Numbered from the stretch's first letter, positions 47,991-61,690 are shown. The stretch: 64,000 nt of DNA from Octopus sinensis (GCF_006345805.1 NC_043003.1:107322001-107386000); one strand, 5' to 3'. The notes: generated by a model not told the origin, from the sequence alone. Numbers and translations are program-made.

Positions 47991-48699
47991 AAAGAAAACA
48001 CAACAACAATATCCATCTCTAGTGTATCTCGAACACAGATCGATATTAAACATACAAATGCACTTTCTCCTCTCTTATGATAGAAAATTGTCAACTAAGA
48101 TTAGTGGAGGAGAAAGAATTAGTTATCGATGTCGTTATTGTATGAAGTGTTGAAGGCGTGAGCTGGCAAGGATCGATACCGTGCTGAACCAGATGCTTTG
48201 CAACAATCCTTCTTGCTTTGTGTTTTGAGTTTGAACTCCGCCGAAGTCGACTTGGCCGTTGATCCGTTGGTGTTCGATACAAAATAAGTACAACTGGCGC
48301 CCTTCTCACAAATTTTCAGGCTTTATGCTTTTTAGCAGAAAGAAATAATTGTATGGATGATGATGATGATGGCATTGTTGGTGGAAGGTTGGTTTGTGGT
48401 GCTCAGTGTTTTATAGGTTGTGAGTTCGATAAATCATTACATGCGAGAATATTGATTTTAACGTAAATGTTATCAATATCATTTAATAAGTTATTTCGTC
48501 TACCGTTACGTTCCGAGTTCAAATTGCGCCGAGGTCGATTAAATAAGTACCAGTTACGCACTGGGGTCGATGTAATCGACTTAATCCGTTCGTCTGCCCC
48601 CCCCTCTATGTTTAGCCCTCTGTAGGCAATAAAGAAATAAATATTTAATAAGTGGAAACTACCCTGGTCTGCCTCAAGCACGGGAATAATCCTTTATGC

Positions 48700-49065
48700 T
48701 ATAGTCACAAGGCCCGAAATTTGGGGGAGAGGACAAGTCAATTACTTCGACCCCAGTACTCCACTAGTACTTTACCGACCTCGAAAGGATGAAAAGCAAA
48801 GTCGACCTCGGCGTAATTTGAACTCAGAACGTAACGGCAGACGAAATACCTATTTCTTTACCACCCACAAGGGGCTAAACACAGAGGAGACAAACAAGGA
48901 CAGACAAACGGATTAAGTCGATTATATCGACCCAGTGCGCAACTGGTACTTATTTAATCGACCCCGAAAGGATGAAAGGCAAAGTCGACCTCGGCGGAAT
49001 TTGAACTCAGAACGTAGCGACGGTCGAAATACCGCTAAGCATTTCGTCCGGCGCGCTAACCATTC
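48700..49065 (-). mobile_element. SINE family C dimer
   Basis: Junction gacgaaatacctatttcttta at about 48840. Confidence 0.82.
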
Positions 49066-49191
49066 TTTTTTAGACGTTATTGTGGGTTAAGGGAGATTTA
49101 GCTACTATTTCTAGTAGGTCGAGAAACTGACTTTTCTTCCTGTCATTGTATATATCATCTTACTAACTTCGGGATAGTTTATGTTTGGCAT

Positions 49192-49331
49192 ATTGAGAAA
49201 AAAATTCTCGCCTATGGTAAAAAGTGTAAAAAACACTCTTGTCAGCTCAGTGGCACCTTCTCTCGGACCCCTAGTCGATAAAAATGCCTTTTACACCTTT
49301 TATTATCGGCGAGAACCTTTTTTTTCGCAAT
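49192..49331. mobile_element. Small MITE-like imperfect inverted repeat
   Basis: About 42-bp imperfect arms (attg.gaaaaaaaa..ttctcgcc....taaaaag.tgtaaaa). Confidence 0.5.
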
Positions 49332-49811
49332 AAACTGCAGTGAAATTGCCTTTAATTGCTTGACGATACCCCTATTAATTTACCGCACTGCCTTGTTGCC
49401 ATGGAAACAAAGTTGCCACTTCCGGTATGCCGACAATGGAGGCTTCCGCTTGGCTAAAAATTACATAATTTTAAATGTTTGTAACCTTTTTTTTTATTAT
49501 TATTATTTAAACAAACATTTCGAGAAAAACAAATATTATTTCCGCCATACTAATTGTAGAAAAAAATGAGAATAAATCGGGTGGAAATTTGAAATACTTG
49601 ACGCGGTTGGAAGGTCCTAAATATTTACTGAATACAGAATATGGTAGTGTGAGTGAGATTGTGTTGTCGGGGGTGTGTGTGTTAATTGGTGAACGCAAGA
49701 TGAGTCGTCGGGTCCGCCAACTCTTTATTTATAAATGGCAAAGACTTGTTTGACGGGTGCGACATTAGTATTATTACGTTTTCTAACTACCACCTCTCCC
49801 GCCACCCTGCT

Positions 49812-49991
49812 GCTGCTGCTGCTACTACTATTAGTATTAATATCACCACTACTACTACTACTACTACTAATTATACTATTATTACCACATCCACCACCAC
49901 CACCACCTAACCCCCCCTCCTTTGCTCCTGCCATTACCTCCAACGCCGCCGACGCTACCACCCACCACCGCCGCCGCCACCACTACCACTG

Positions 49992-50025
<34 letters not shown>

Positions 50026-50028
50026 CAA

Positions 50029-50067
<39 letters not shown>

Positions 50068-50277
50068 CTACTACCACCACCACCACCACCACCACTACTA
50101 CTACTACTACCACCACTACCAATATTACTACTACTACCACTACCACCACTACTACCACCACTACTACTACTACTACTACTACCACTATTACTACTACTAC
50201 TACTAACACTACCAATATTACTACTACTACTACTAACACTACTACTACTACTACTACTCACTACTACCACCACCACC

Positions 50278-50309
<32 letters not shown>

Positions 50310-50390
50310 CACTACCAATATTACTACTACTACCACTACCACCACTACCAATATTACTACTACTACTACTCACTACTACCACCACCACCA
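49812..50390. repeat. (TAC)/(CAC) trinucleotide block 1
   Basis: Direct reading; internal higher-order duplications. Confidence 0.95.
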
Positions 50391-50684
50391 TTAGCGATAC
50401 AACAGCTACTTTTTGCTGCCGTCCAATGAAATAGCCGCTTACTGATCACGTGACTTGGATAGAGACCTCCACCCTTAAATCGAAAGACGAAGATATTACG
50501 AAGGGTTCCTTGAATGATAATTGTTGTTGCGAGGGTCACGCTACACCCGAAACGAAAAATACAGTAAAGGGTAGAAGGAATTGGCGAGATGGTAGGGGTG
50601 GGTGGGCATGGCTGGAAAAGCTTTGACCATTGTTTTTTTGTTCGATCAACTTAAACAGTAACATCCGTTGCAATTCTTTTATGA

Positions 50685-50917
50685 CAAACTACCACCGCTA
50701 CCTACACTACTACCACAACCACCACTCACTACTGTCACCGTCACTTCTCTGTACCATTACTACTACTACTACATCCACTTCTACCACATCTACTACAAAC
50801 TACTACTACTACTACTACTATACTACTGCTGCTGCTGCAGCTACAAACTTCTACTATTACTACAAACTACCATTAGTACTACATCACTACTGCTAACTTC
50901 CATACTACCACTGCTGT

Positions 50918-50948
<31 letters not shown>

Positions 50949-51300
50949 GCTACTACCACCACCACTACCACTACTAATACTACTACTACTACTACCACCA
51001 CCACTACCACTACTAATACTACTACTACTACTACCACCACCACTACCACTACTACTATTACCACCACCACCACTGCTACTACCACCACTACTACCCCACC
51101 CCACCCCACCACCACTACTACTACTACTACTACAACCACCACTACTACTACTACTACTAACGCTACAAGCTCCTAGTATTACCACAAACCACCATTAGTA
51201 CTACACCACCACAACCACAACTGCTACTAACCTACTACCACTGCTGTTATTACTACTATACTAAAATTACTACTACTACCACCTCTACTACTACTACTAC
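50685..51300. repeat. (TAC)/(CAC) trinucleotide block 2
   Basis: Direct reading. Confidence 0.95.
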
Positions 51301-51755
51301 TAACTCCCTTACTATAAATAGTATTATCATGTTTCACTCGTATTGCCCCCCCCCCACACCCCCATCTACCTTATGATCTGCTTCTGAAGTTTGCATTGAG
51401 TCAATTGCAAACTGTTGTTTTGTCCCTGCAACATTATTTCTAGGCATTCGGGGTAGCACCGAGATGAGAAAGCGGGTGGGAAGGGTTCCACGTTTTAATT
51501 ATAGACTTTGTTACTTAAGGTCATAGAACACGTTTACATTATTTACCAACAGGGCTCCTTGAAAACCATGCTTTTATAACTGCTTTGATCTTCATAAACA
51601 TTGGTGAATTTTGTCAACTATTTCGATTATGGTATCCGATTTCGTTGGCATACATTTTTAAGCTCGTTAAAAGCGTTACACTCGAAAACATTGTCACAAA
51701 CAGCTCTTATCTGTTCCTCTCCTCTATGATATTTATTTTTTATCTTTTACTTCTG

Positions 51756-51787
<32 letters not shown>

Positions 51788-51996
51788 AATAGGGAATATT
51801 ATTCCAAACTTACAGGGAAAGATTCAATTTAGAAATACTAAATCAAATTTCACAAAAACCTGTTAATCTGGGTTTCCCGTTTCCGTTCGTCGGACAGTTT
51901 TTGCTAGAATAAAGCATATTACTCTACCACTGGTATTTGAGTACTCTTTTTTCCACCTTGTTTCACATTTATGTGTTTACGCCAATATATATATAT

Positions 51997-52435
51997 TACT
52001 TTACATGTACCACACATCCTCACGTAGTTGGGGGTTTTTGTGTTTGTTCTTCGTTTTTTTTATTTACTATATATATATCGGAAGATGTACTTGCATAGCA
52101 AGTGACCTGATCTGAGATCGTGTGCTAGAACGAAAACAATTGCAGAATAGGTGTCTATAAGCCATTTAAAAGCACACAAAAACCTTTAGATTCACTTCAA
52201 CATTTAAATTTAATTTGCCAATTTAAATGTTGAAGTGAATCTAAAGGTTTTTGTGTGCTTTTAAATGGCTTATAGACACCTATTCTGCAATTGTTTTCGT
52301 TCTAGCACACGATCTCAGATCAGGTCACTTGCTATGCAAGTACATCTTCCTATATATATAGTAAATAATAATAAAAAACGAAGAACAAACTAAAAAAACT
52401 CCAACTACGTGAGGATGTGTGGTACATGTAAAGTA
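51997..52435. repeat. About 440-bp palindrome, 9-nt loop
   Basis: Inner ~130 bp of the arms are identical; outer ~85 bp differ at several positions. Confidence 0.93.
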
Positions 52436-52467
52436 TTATCAGACGCTTAGGGAAGGAAAGAAAGATG

Positions 52468-52502
52468 GTTTAACGTTTCGAGCAAAACTCTTCTTCATAA
52501 AC
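52468..52502 (-). ncRNA. Degenerate minimal hammerhead motif, second family
   Basis: GUUU-AUGAAGA-A-GAGU(uuu)GCUC-GAAAC-GUU-AAAC; C3>A in the core. Confidence 0.5.
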
Positions 52503-52624
52503 AGGTAAGTCCAACAGAAAAGATGGACGGAGGGAAAAAAATCGTCAACGATTCACATGTATAGAGTGTTAGGTGTGATGTACAGAAATTGATATTGGAT
52601 ACTTTTTTGAATTGAATAGTTTCT

Positions 52625-52930
52625 CGCGGTTTCGATTCCCAGACCAGGCGCTGTGAGTGTTTATTGAGCGAAAATACTTAAAGCTCCACGATGCTCCAGC
52701 AGGGGTGGTGGTGGTGGTGAACCCTGCTGTACTCTTCCTGTTTCTGTTGTACCTGTATTTCAAAGGGCCAGCCTTATCACACTTTGTGTCACGCTGAATA
52801 ACCCCGAGAGCTGCGTTAAGGGTACACGTGTTTATGGAGCGCTCAGCCTCTTGCACGTTAATTTCGCGAGCAAGCTGCTCCGTCTATCGGATCAACTGGA
52901 ACCCTCGTCGTCGTAACCGACGGAGAGCCG
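52625..52930 (+). mobile_element. SINE family B, partial
   Basis: gtttcgattcccagacc...ggaaccctcgtcgtcgtaaccgacgg. Confidence 0.8.
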
Positions 52931-54429
52931 TAGGTGATATATATATATGGAATCAACGGATTAAGTCAAGAAAATCTCAATATAGACAACACCTTGTAGC
53001 GCTCATCTGTATCAAGGATCAAGTCAGCAAGGCAAAGAGTGAGTATTAGGGGAACCCAGATGAGCTGATATAGTGACAATGATTCAAATAAATAGTTAAA
53101 AACTTTGGGGTTTTAGTATTCAATAAGTATGTATGTATGCATATATGTATGTAAAAAAAAGAAGGCAGACTTAAAATTTTCAAATGATTAACTACCAAGT
53201 ATATATATATATATTGATAAAAACGGTAAGATAACAAAAGAAAGAAAGAGACCTCGATATTATGAAAATAGAGGAATTTATCTGTAAATGTAATATGTGA
53301 CAATTATTCGGTAGCCATGATAAAGCTCCGAGTTTCGGATGTTGAGGTGGAAATCCACGCCGCCATCTCTTCAGTTATCCAGCCATCGGGAAAACGCTAT
53401 GAAAAATGACTGTTATACAAAGGGAAATTACTATGTTATTGACCGCTATTTAGACAAAAGAGCTATTCGAATGACCGCGAAGTAAGGAAGTAAAATGTTC
53501 ATAGATTTCGCGTAAGCGCGCCTGTTCATACCTATACATGTGCGTGCGCATACATTCATCCACCCTCACTTGAAAACGTACACATCCTCACTCGCATCCT
53601 TCGCCAAATGTATATGTATATACATACAACCTCCCCTCCACACACACACACACGCACCGTAAAGGTTCATACACACGTCTACATACGCACAATGACTTCA
53701 TATATTTGCCACAAGGACAAGCACAGTCGAAGGAGACATTACAGAGACAGGTTACAAAGTGTGTGTGTGTGTAAGTTAACATAGAAATCAGCTGATAGAA
53801 AAATAAGAAGAATGAGTCAAAAAGTTAGATACAATATACTAACGTGTGGTAGAACCCCTAACCCCTATGCAGAGGAGGACCGCCACCCAAGGAGTAATCG
53901 AGAAAACCCTGAGATTCAGGATTATCCTGGTTATGAATGGAATAGCCTGATTTGTCCTACATGGGACAACAAGTATTAGACATAATTCTACAAGTCAGTA
54001 AAGCCCAGGCACAGGACGAGTGTGTGCAGAACCGTTTCGTTATTTTGCGTGCGTCTAGGGCAGACCCAGCTGATAGTATTTCTATACCTGTAGTGTTTAT
54101 TACAAACTGGCAATATCTCTCTCGTGGCACAACCAGGCTAGTGACTTCTGGAAATTGTCCATGGGACACGACCCGAAAGCCCTCCGGAACAGATCAGCTA
54201 ACCGATCCTCGTCGATGTCCAAAGTCACTCCAAGAACGTCGCCCATCTTACCTGCCATTGACCCTAATATAGTACGTCAACATAGAACTTCTACTGAGTG
54301 CAATACCCGACTGGAGAGGGCTGAGAATACATAATGACACTTTAAGTGCCAGAAACCTCGCCTCCGTCTATGCTGCTTGATCCAAGATTGCAGTTCAGTC
54401 AAAGAGATGACCTGTAGAAAAGTGAGTCT

Positions 54430-54950
54430 GACAAACGGTAACCACACCTGCTCGCAGCCAAAGAAACGTTATCGATCTCGCGGCTTCAGTGACTGCTCAG
54501 TCCTCTAGTAAGTAGGTATTGACAAGAAGCGTCTGACCAGTGGAACGCGTCCCTTCCAAAGAAAGCGGAAGAACAGGATTCCAGGTACTGACCTGAAGAC
54601 ATGAAGTGGGGTAAGGCGCGATGGTCAGGCGGTAATATATAATAGAGATCTTGTAAATATTCGCTACTTCTACCCAACCATACAAGGATAACTTTCTCTC
54701 GGTTAATTTGTAGGTGAGGTTGACCACCCTGTTCGCCACCTTGTCCTAGTTCTTCACCACTTAAGATCTGGACCAAACTAGACCCCAGTTTAATCGTTCT
54801 GTACGTCTAACAACACAAGACGCTTTTGGATGGTGTGGACTTGTCTCTCCAGGTGCCGAACTATAGGTCCACTGACTTTTCTTGGTTGATTTTTGCTCTT
54901 GTTACTGCCTAGTAGTATTTTAGATTAGTGCCATCACTTCTGAGCTTGGT
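54430..54950 (-). pseudogene. L1/Tx1-clade LINE ORF2 relic
   Basis: Minus-strand translation Y*AVTRAKINQEKSVDL*FGTW and RKLSLYGWVEVANIYKISIIYYRL, typical of the Tx1 region after the RT; many stops. Confidence 0.68.
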
Positions 54951-55023
54951 GTCCGACACTACGATGGGAGATGATCAATCACTTTTTGACAGAACAAAGA
55001 GATCCTTAAATTTCGCGCCTATA

Positions 55024-56293
55024 CGAGGGGCGTTCAATAAGTAATGCCCCTGACCCACTTGCAGTTGTTTGATCTAGCTGAAATTTTGCATATGCACTTA
55101 TTTATACCTCTATAGATTAAGTGGCGAATTACAGCTCTGAACTAATTGTGGTTTCTGATTTACAGGTGTTTGAACTGAGTCAAGTGTGAAATGGAGCCTG
55201 TTGAGTGTCGAGCAGTGATCTTGTTTTTGTATTTGAAAGGACGCACACCACAGGAGACTTTTGATGAAATGAAAGTAACTTATGGTGATGATGCCCCATC
55301 ATATGACCTTGTAAAACGCTGGCATTGTGAATTCAAACATAGTCGGAACTCTGTGGAAACAGCTCCCAGATCTGGTCGCCCCCTTCTGCCGTTGATGAGA
55401 CGTCTGTCCGTCATGTTGCGGCTGCCATTTTGGAAGGTCAACGCATAACTATTCGCCAAATAGACCATAAGGTCAAGATTAGTACCGGGTATGTGGAAAC
55501 TGTCGTTCATGACCATTTGCATATGCAAAAGGTGTCTGCCAGATGGATTTCCAGGTTGCTCACACCTTTCCAGAAGCAAGAACGCGTTGAGTGCTCGAGG
55601 ATGAATTTGGAGATGTGCCAAGAAGATGAGTCAAAGTTTTTCAAAAGACTGATCACACAGGATAAAACCTGGGTCCATCACTATGATCTATAGACCAAAG
55701 CCCAGTCAATGCAGTGAAAGCACCGTGACTCACCTCCTCCAAAGAAGGCAAGGGCGCAGCCCTCCGCTGACAAGGTTATGCTCACAGTCTTCTGGGACCA
55801 GGACGGAGTAGTGATGACAGATTTCCTGGCAAAGGGTACCACAATTACAGGAGCCTATTATGCTTCACTTTTGAGGAAATTAAGAGAAGCTATCAAAATC
55901 AAGAGGCGGGGCAAGATCAGCAAAGGCATCCTCCTCCTGCAGGACAACGCTCCGGTCCACAACTCGCGTGTCGCCAGATCAGAAGCACAGGCGTGCAGCT
56001 ATGAACTCCTCCCCTTGCACCCTCTGATTTTCACCTCTTCCCAGCCATGAAGTTGATTTTGAAAGGAAAGCGTTTCCCAGATGATGCAGCCTTGATTTCT
56101 GAAGTCACGTCGTGGTTGGAAGACCAAGCTGGGGTCTTCTACAAAAACGGTCTCCAGAGCTGTATCAAACGATGGGAGAAATGCATAACTCTGGGTAGTT
56201 CCTATGTAGGAAAAGACTAATAAATGTGCCAAGTGTCGTTGTTCTACTGCTATGGGAAGTGGGTCAGGGGCATTACTTATTGAACGCCCCTCG
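55024..56293 (+). mobile_element. Near full-length mariner transposon (probably irritans-like), inactive
   Basis: Perfect TIRs CGAGGGGCGTTCAATAAGTAATGCCCCTGACCCACTT, TA TSD at both ends, 1270 bp. Confidence 0.93.
55191..56220 (+). pseudogene. Mariner transposase pseudogene
   Basis: MEPVECRAVI..RSGRP, ARWISRLLT, ITQDKTWVHHY, VMLTVFWD, LLQDNAPVH, APSDFHLF; frameshift near 55385, stops, and deletion of the PYSPD region. Confidence 0.9.
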
Positions 56294-56812
56294 TACATGC
56301 ATTGGTTTTTGACGACCGATGATTCTTGGATTCGATTTCGAATCTAGGCTTAGAGAAGGAAGTGCTAACTCTTACAACTTCATTACATACAACATCTTCA
56401 ATCGCTATAACTATAGCCTACTTATAAGCTTTGCTTATAAACATTTCGGGGTCGATATAAGAAGAAGAAAAAACTCCGAAATGATAATTATTTTTAGTAT
56501 AGGCAAAAAACAACAACAAAAGAAAACAAAAGTTTTGAAGGGAGGAGTTAGTTGATAGTATCGACCCCGAAATGTTTATAAGCAAAGCTAACCAAGGTGG
56601 GATTTGAACACAGAACATAGAGTCGTTAGAAATACTCTAAGATCTGTCCAACGCTCTAACGATTCAGCCAATAGTTTTCTCTGGTTTCCTCCTTGGCATG
56701 AAAAAACCCCAATGAAGCATATACAGAGGTACTTAAATGTCAATCTCTGCGGTGTGAGGTCCTCATCTCATTGAAGGTTTACCGTTTCATTGCTCCACAT
56801 TGAAGACATGGT

Positions 56813-57196
56813 GGAAGCACTCCGTCGGTTACAACGACGAGGGTTCCGGTTGATCCGATCAACGGAACAGCCTGCTCGTGAAATTAACGTGTAAGTGGCT
56901 GAGCACTCCACAGACACGTGTACCCTTAACGTAGTTCTCGGGGATATTCAGCGTGACACAGAGAGTGACAAGGCCGGCCCCTTTGAAATACAGGTACAAC
57001 AGAAACAGGAAGTAAGAGTGAGAGAAAGTTGTGGTGAAAGAGTACAGCAGGGATCACCACCATCCCCTGCCGGAGCCTCGTGGAGCTTTAGGTGTTTTCA
57101 CTCAATAAACACTCACAACGCCCGGTCTGGGAATCGAAACCGCGATCCTACGACCGCAAGTCCGCTGCCCTAACCACTGGGCCATTGCGCCTCCAC
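56813..57196 (-). mobile_element. tRNA-derived SINE family B
   Basis: Full copy, TSD attgaagacat. Confidence 0.9.
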
Positions 57197-57259
57197 ATAT
57201 TGAAGACATACAAGAAATAGAACCTTGGTTGTCCTGTGTGAAATTTTGGTCTAAAATTT

Positions 57260-57610
57260 TGGCACAAGGCCAGCAGTTTCGCGGAAGGTGGGGGGAAGTC
57301 GGTTACATCGATCCCTGTGCTCAACTGTTACTTATTTTATCGACCGTGGAAGTATGAAAGGCGGAGTCGACCTCTGCGGAATTTGAACTCAAAGCATAAA
57401 AACCGCTAAGCATTTAGCCCGGCGTGCTAACGATTCTGCCAGCTCACCGTCTCGACCTGTGGGGAGATATTCTTTTCTATTCTAGGCACAAGGCCCAAAA
57501 TTTTTGGGGAGGTGTGGTCAGTTGATTAGATCGACCCCAGTACGCAACTGGTATTTAATTTATCGACCCCGAAAGGATGAAAGGCAAAGTCGACCTCGGC
57601 GGAATTTGAC
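57260..57610 (-). mobile_element. Two SINE family C copies
   Basis: Core atcgaccccgaaaggatgaaaggcaaagtcgacc. Confidence 0.75.
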
Positions 57611-57679
57611 CTGTGGGAGATGTTAAATAACAAATGAATCATCTATCACATCTTTTATCATTTACATGTTCCAGGGTCT

Positions 57680-58015
57680 GGACTTCGGCCATGCTGGAGC
57701 ACTGCCTTCAAGGGTTTAGTCGAACGAATTGATCTCAGTGCATATTTTCTTAAGTCTGGTACTTATTCTATCGGTCTCTTTTGTCGAACATTTAAGTTAC
57801 AAGGACGTAAACAAACTAACAGTTGTTGTTAAGCGGTTGACAAACACAAAAACACACATACAACAGGCTTCCACACAGTTTCCATCTAAAAAATTCACGC
57901 ACAAGGTACTGATCAACGCAGAGCTATAGCAGAAGATATATGGCCAAGGTGCTGTGCAGTGGGACAGAACCTGAAATCCTTTGGTTAGAAAGTGAGCTTC
58001 TTAACAGCCATGCCT
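57680..58015 (-). mobile_element. SINE family D, degenerate
   Basis: ggccatgctggagcac...ctatcggtctcttttg...aggtgctgtgcagtgggac. Confidence 0.72.
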
Positions 58016-58032
58016 GCTTCAAAAGATAACTT

Positions 58033-58432
58033 GGATCTTTTCGGTTTGAACGGCAGTTTTTTCTAGCGGTGTCATATGAAATTGTCACCCATAATTATGA
58101 CCCTAATATCGATCTATTGCATTTCAGTCTGTTTTAGGGTTAGGGATGGGGGGAAGGGTATCTTTTTTTCTTCACAAATGTAAATAAACCCAATCTGTTT
58201 CTTAAACGAAGGACATATTCATACGGCACAGAATGTTTTTCTTACCTCGATAGACGTCAGTGATTGGTTGAAATTGTAGAAATTGATGAAAAAAACAACA
58301 ACAGATATCTTACAAATAAACCCAAGAGAAAAAGATGTTTTATAAACACATTCTACCAGTATACGAAGTTTAAAGTTTTTTAGTTACCTAGAAATTATGT
58401 TAAAAACTATTATGTTCAAACCGAAAAGATCC
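58033..58432. mobile_element. GGATC-TIR MITE, 8-bp TSD
   Basis: Same family as 35603; TSD gataactt on both sides. Confidence 0.9.
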
Positions 58433-59354
58433 GATAACTTTTGAAAAACAAATACAACTTCGAAATAACTTTGAGGTTTTACCTCGTTTACACGAAAAAT
58501 GGATGAACCAATAACGAAGTTTATGTATTTATAGTTCTTCCATACACCATCCTCTGATGCACCTGGACAATATACATACGTGTGGATGCATATATAAAGC
58601 TTTCACTACCATACCTGTTTCTTTTACCTGTTATCTTTTACACACACAAACGTGTGTGTATGGGGGGGGGCATGCAATTATTTAGTCTTTCTTATTTCTC
58701 CCCTAATTCCTTTCTACTTTATTCCCAACAATTATTAGTTTTCCCTCTTCTCCTTCCATCCATCTCTGACACTAACGTCTACCACCCCATCTTCACCCAC
58801 ACCATCAATTATTATTATTATTATTGTTGTTGTTGTTGTTACATTGTCTTACAATCCAACTCTATATAGCTTTCCTGCCTACTTTCCCCTTCAACTTAGA
58901 AATATGAATAAATAAATAAATAAACGTGTGAAACCCCCCTCATTCAGAAAGTGTGTGTGTGTTAAGTGGAGAAGGTAGAAGGAACATGAAATAGAGAGGA
59001 AAAAGAAGAAGAAGAGGATTGACAATCAAAAAGAGAAAAAAAGAAGAAAAACCCAGGGTAAAATACGTAATAAAAACAATACTCTAATAAACAACAAATG
59101 GCAGAAATAGTTTTGTAAACTGGGTTACAAATGGATTGGTGTAAAGTAATATTGTGTGTGTACAAACATCCACACCTAATATTATATACACACACAATGT
59201 TTGTGTGTGTGTGTACGTGTCTATATATATAAGTATACAATACTGCATATATTCACATGAATATAATTATGTATGTGTAAATACATGTAAATATATATAT
59301 GTGTGTGTACATATCTATCTACTTGCTGTTGATTTGATGGCTTACGTAACACTG

Positions 59355-59800
<446 letters not shown>

Positions 59801-61329
59801 CGCACCTTGAATAGTGTAGGCAGGTGTGTTTTTTCAATTCTTCCTCACACGTTGCCTGTATAAGCGATCTTTTGTTTTCCCTCCTTTTTACACGATTCTC
59901 TTCTATTTATACTCTTCGATCGATTATTGAATAAACTCTGTATTACTATGAACCAACGAGGGAGCCTGTATGCGGGCACACGGCCAGCTAGAAATAGCAA
60001 CCGAATCTTCCTCAAATCGTACCTTACAGAGTGGGTCCAGTGATGTAGCAATCATCCCGAACGATTTTTGGTTGTGTATCCACCTTAATAAAATTGTGAA
60101 CAGGTTGGGTAAAATTCTGAGCAGCATACTTTTCGGCTCTTTACGTTCTGAGTTCGAATCTCGTTAAGGTCGACTTCGCCTTTCGTCCATTACAGGTTGA
60201 GCACGAGGGTCGATGGCCATCCTCCCGCCAAATCCAGGCCTTGCATCTACAATAGAAAGAATTATAAGTTAAGCTGCCGTAAATCTTACGACTCTTCACA
60301 TTCATGACCAGGGATGGCTGTCTTCACTTCTCTTGCTACGCCTCTACTCAGAGCTGTCCCAATGCTGATCAATAAAAGCTAATCAGGGGTAAAATATCAA
60401 TAAACTAGGATGAACAAATATCAGTAACCGAGGCAACATGGGTGTCACAAAACCTAATTAAAAATAGCAGCTACATCTCCCGAACAACATCTGGACATCT
60501 TAAAAGAGAAAAAAAAAAAGGGTATAGGATGATATGGCTGGTTCTGGACGCATACTCACTGTATTGGAATATGGGGTACTGGTCATAAGTGGAACGCTTT
60601 TAATGAGTTTGCTCGGTCAACACTGACTTAACTGCTCTGACCCACACTGAAAGGCGCGGTTGCTAATTATTCCAAACAATAGACCGACGCCATCGCCATC
60701 ATCATGAGAAGACCTTAACGAGATGAACACGTTCCCAGTAGACCAAGCATTTGCTCTGACTTTGGTTCTCAACAGTAAAAGTACATTTGGTGTTGGTGGT
60801 GTGAATGGAGGACGTTAGCAATGCAAAATGAAAACAAAACAAAAAAAACTATCTCCATTCACACCATCTCGATAATATTCGTCTTTTATACTGTCACAAA
60901 ATCCTCGTACCTTAAAAGGTACTCATCTTGCAGACCCTACAAGTGGGGAAGTAGAAAGCATACTTCACCCAAATTTGAATTTAGAATAAAGGACACAGGG
61001 TCAAGTATTGGGCGAGGGGTAGGGGTTGCTCTGCCACATTAAAACCGGTATCTGGTACTTTATTTTTATATTTTTTTCCTTCTCCCCCTTTTTTGTTTTT
61101 CATTTGTAAAATATATTCCTGTTCATATTTTGAATAAATTTAAAAAAATCATTATTTTACTGATTTCGGAAAGATGGATGAGAGGCAAAGTTGACCCAAC
61201 CTGCAGAATTTCGAGTTATTGTAAAGAGCTGGATCAATCACCGATAGGCAATTTGTTCGACGCTCTAAAGATTTTGTCACTCCATCACCCTGAGAAGTAA
61301 AAGTAATTCTTTCTAATTATGAGGGGAGG

Positions 61330-61690
61330 GAGGAAATCGATCACATCGACCCTAGTACTTGACTGGAACTTATCGAATCCGAAAGGATGAAATGCAAGGT
61401 CGACTTCGGCGGTATTTGAACCCAGAACTTAAAAAGCCGAAAGAAATGTTGCTAAGCATTTTGTCCGGCGCGCTAACGATTAACAACCCTTTCTACTATA
61501 GGTACAAAGCCTGATATTTTTTTAGGAGAGGGTACAAGTCGATTATATCGATCCCAAAGCTTAACTGGTATTTATTTTATCGATCCCAAAGGATGAAAGA
61601 CAAAGTCGACCTCGGCGGGATTTGAACTCGAAACGTAAAGAGTCGAAAGAAATGTTAAGCATTTTGTTCGTCGCGCTAACAACTAAAAAT
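61330..61690 (-). mobile_element. Two SINE family C copies
   Basis: Same core motif twice. Confidence 0.72.

Noticed and set aside
49735-51198. Long ORFs rich in Thr/His/Tyr/Leu/Pro (possible mucin or His-rich structural protein)
   Set aside because: All frames on both strands are open simply because of TAC/CAC repeats; register shifts at ctcact junctions; no splice or signal evidence.
51860-51897. Third hammerhead-like motif on the minus strand (CUGU-CCGACGA...GAAAC...ACAG)
   Set aside because: U4 is mutated, stem II has only 2 bp, and helix III cannot be paired in register; needs a family consensus before any call.
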